DNA from: a virus
Lineage: Duplodnaviria; Heunggongvirae; Uroviricota; Caudoviricetes
IMG/VR virus record: IMGVR_UViG_2693429686_000003
Direction: 5' to 3' (one strand)
Length of the DNA stretch: 34,347 nt
The position numbers were made by a program, and so were the translations under genes. This document shows positions 33,685 to 34,347 of the stretch, in pieces (the first letter of the stretch is position 1; each line of letters opens with the position of its first letter). The notes under the pieces were generated by a model that was not told where the DNA came from, did not search any database, and saw nothing but the letters and a program-made list of their open reading frames with translations.

Positions 33685-34316
33685 GTACATAAACGTACAA
33701 AATGTGATGAAAGTAGAGTGGCGTAAGCCACTATATTAAGATATGACAATAGCGAAGAAAAGTAAATAACATTTTATGGACGTTTAATTGTTAATTATAA
33801 AAACTAGAGTGCCCGATATTGTTTATCTTGCTTTAAAATAATGTACTCAAACCAAATTTTTGAGCTAAAAGCTCAAATAATATAAATGCAATAATAATGT
33901 TTAATAAGACAATTAGCTTGCTTTGTATTTTCATTTCGGAATACTGTTAAGTAACTTTGATGACCCTAACAATAGATCGGAATTTTCTTAGAGTCAATGG
34001 TCACTGTTTTTGCTTGCAAAGCAAATGTTTTGGTGGTTATAAGTCGTCTTAATATAGTCACGCATGCAACTTGTTCCATGCGGAGATTAAAGATTGGAAT
34101 ATAACGCGAAGATGGAATTAAATTACATTTGCAATAATTAATTTATTATTACTCAATAATTACCGATATTATTATTGTAAATTAATCATTAGAATGCAAA
34201 AAGAAATGTAACGGCAAAATAAGAGGACGATAGCTGAGAAAAAAGCGTGCTTTCCCAATCTGGGGCAAATCACGTCTGAATGACACCTGAAAACAGGTGG
34301 TAGCCTCAAGAAGGCT

Positions 34317-34347
34317 GGTGATGCTGCCAACTTACTGATTTAGTGTA
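34317..34347 (+). mobile_element. First 31 bp of an IS1 element (terminal inverted repeat GGTGATGCTGCCAACTTACTGAT…), cut by the window edge
   Basis: Exact match to the recalled IS1 terminus GGTGATGCTGCCAACTTACTGATTTAGTGTA. Confidence 0.8.

Noticed and set aside
33969-34079. 35-codon minus-strand small ORF (MEQVACVTILRRLITTKTFALQAKTVTIDSKKIPIYC) in the AT-rich region
   Set aside because: No clear RBS, translated by hand only, and such short ORFs arise by chance; mentioned only as something ribosome profiling could test.

Overview
This window is the late (head and tail morphogenesis) region of a lambda-like prophage, collinear with phage lambda from cos to tfa: cos, nu1, A, W, B, C/nu3, D, E, Fi, FII, Z, U, V, G/T, H, M, L, K, I, J, lom, stf, tfa. 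All protein identifications rest on recall of lambda protein sequences and lengths against the supplied ORF translations; no database search was possible. Upstream of cos are two small AT-rich minus-strand accessory genes. The tail-tip end is rearranged: J copy 1 is broken and followed by a 1264-bp IS3-family element (IS600-like), then a 3' fragment of a divergent tape-measure gene and a second, mosaic M-L-K-I-J-lom set with an intact J. Further right are an stf 5' fragment cut by an IS21-like end, an NNNN gap, the 3' part of J copy 1 with a different C-terminal domain, a deleted lom, a full-length stf and tfa, an AT-rich ORF-poor tail, and the first 31 bp of IS1. Ambiguous bases at 18186, 19153 and 27908-27911 together with exact and near-exact repeats indicate a draft scaffold, so the duplicated architecture may be partly an assembly artefact. 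I found no CRISPR array, tRNA or rRNA, and no clearly novel multi-gene system; the candidates most worth follow-up are the accessory pair left of cos, the two J C-terminal alleles, and the AT-rich region between tfa and IS1.
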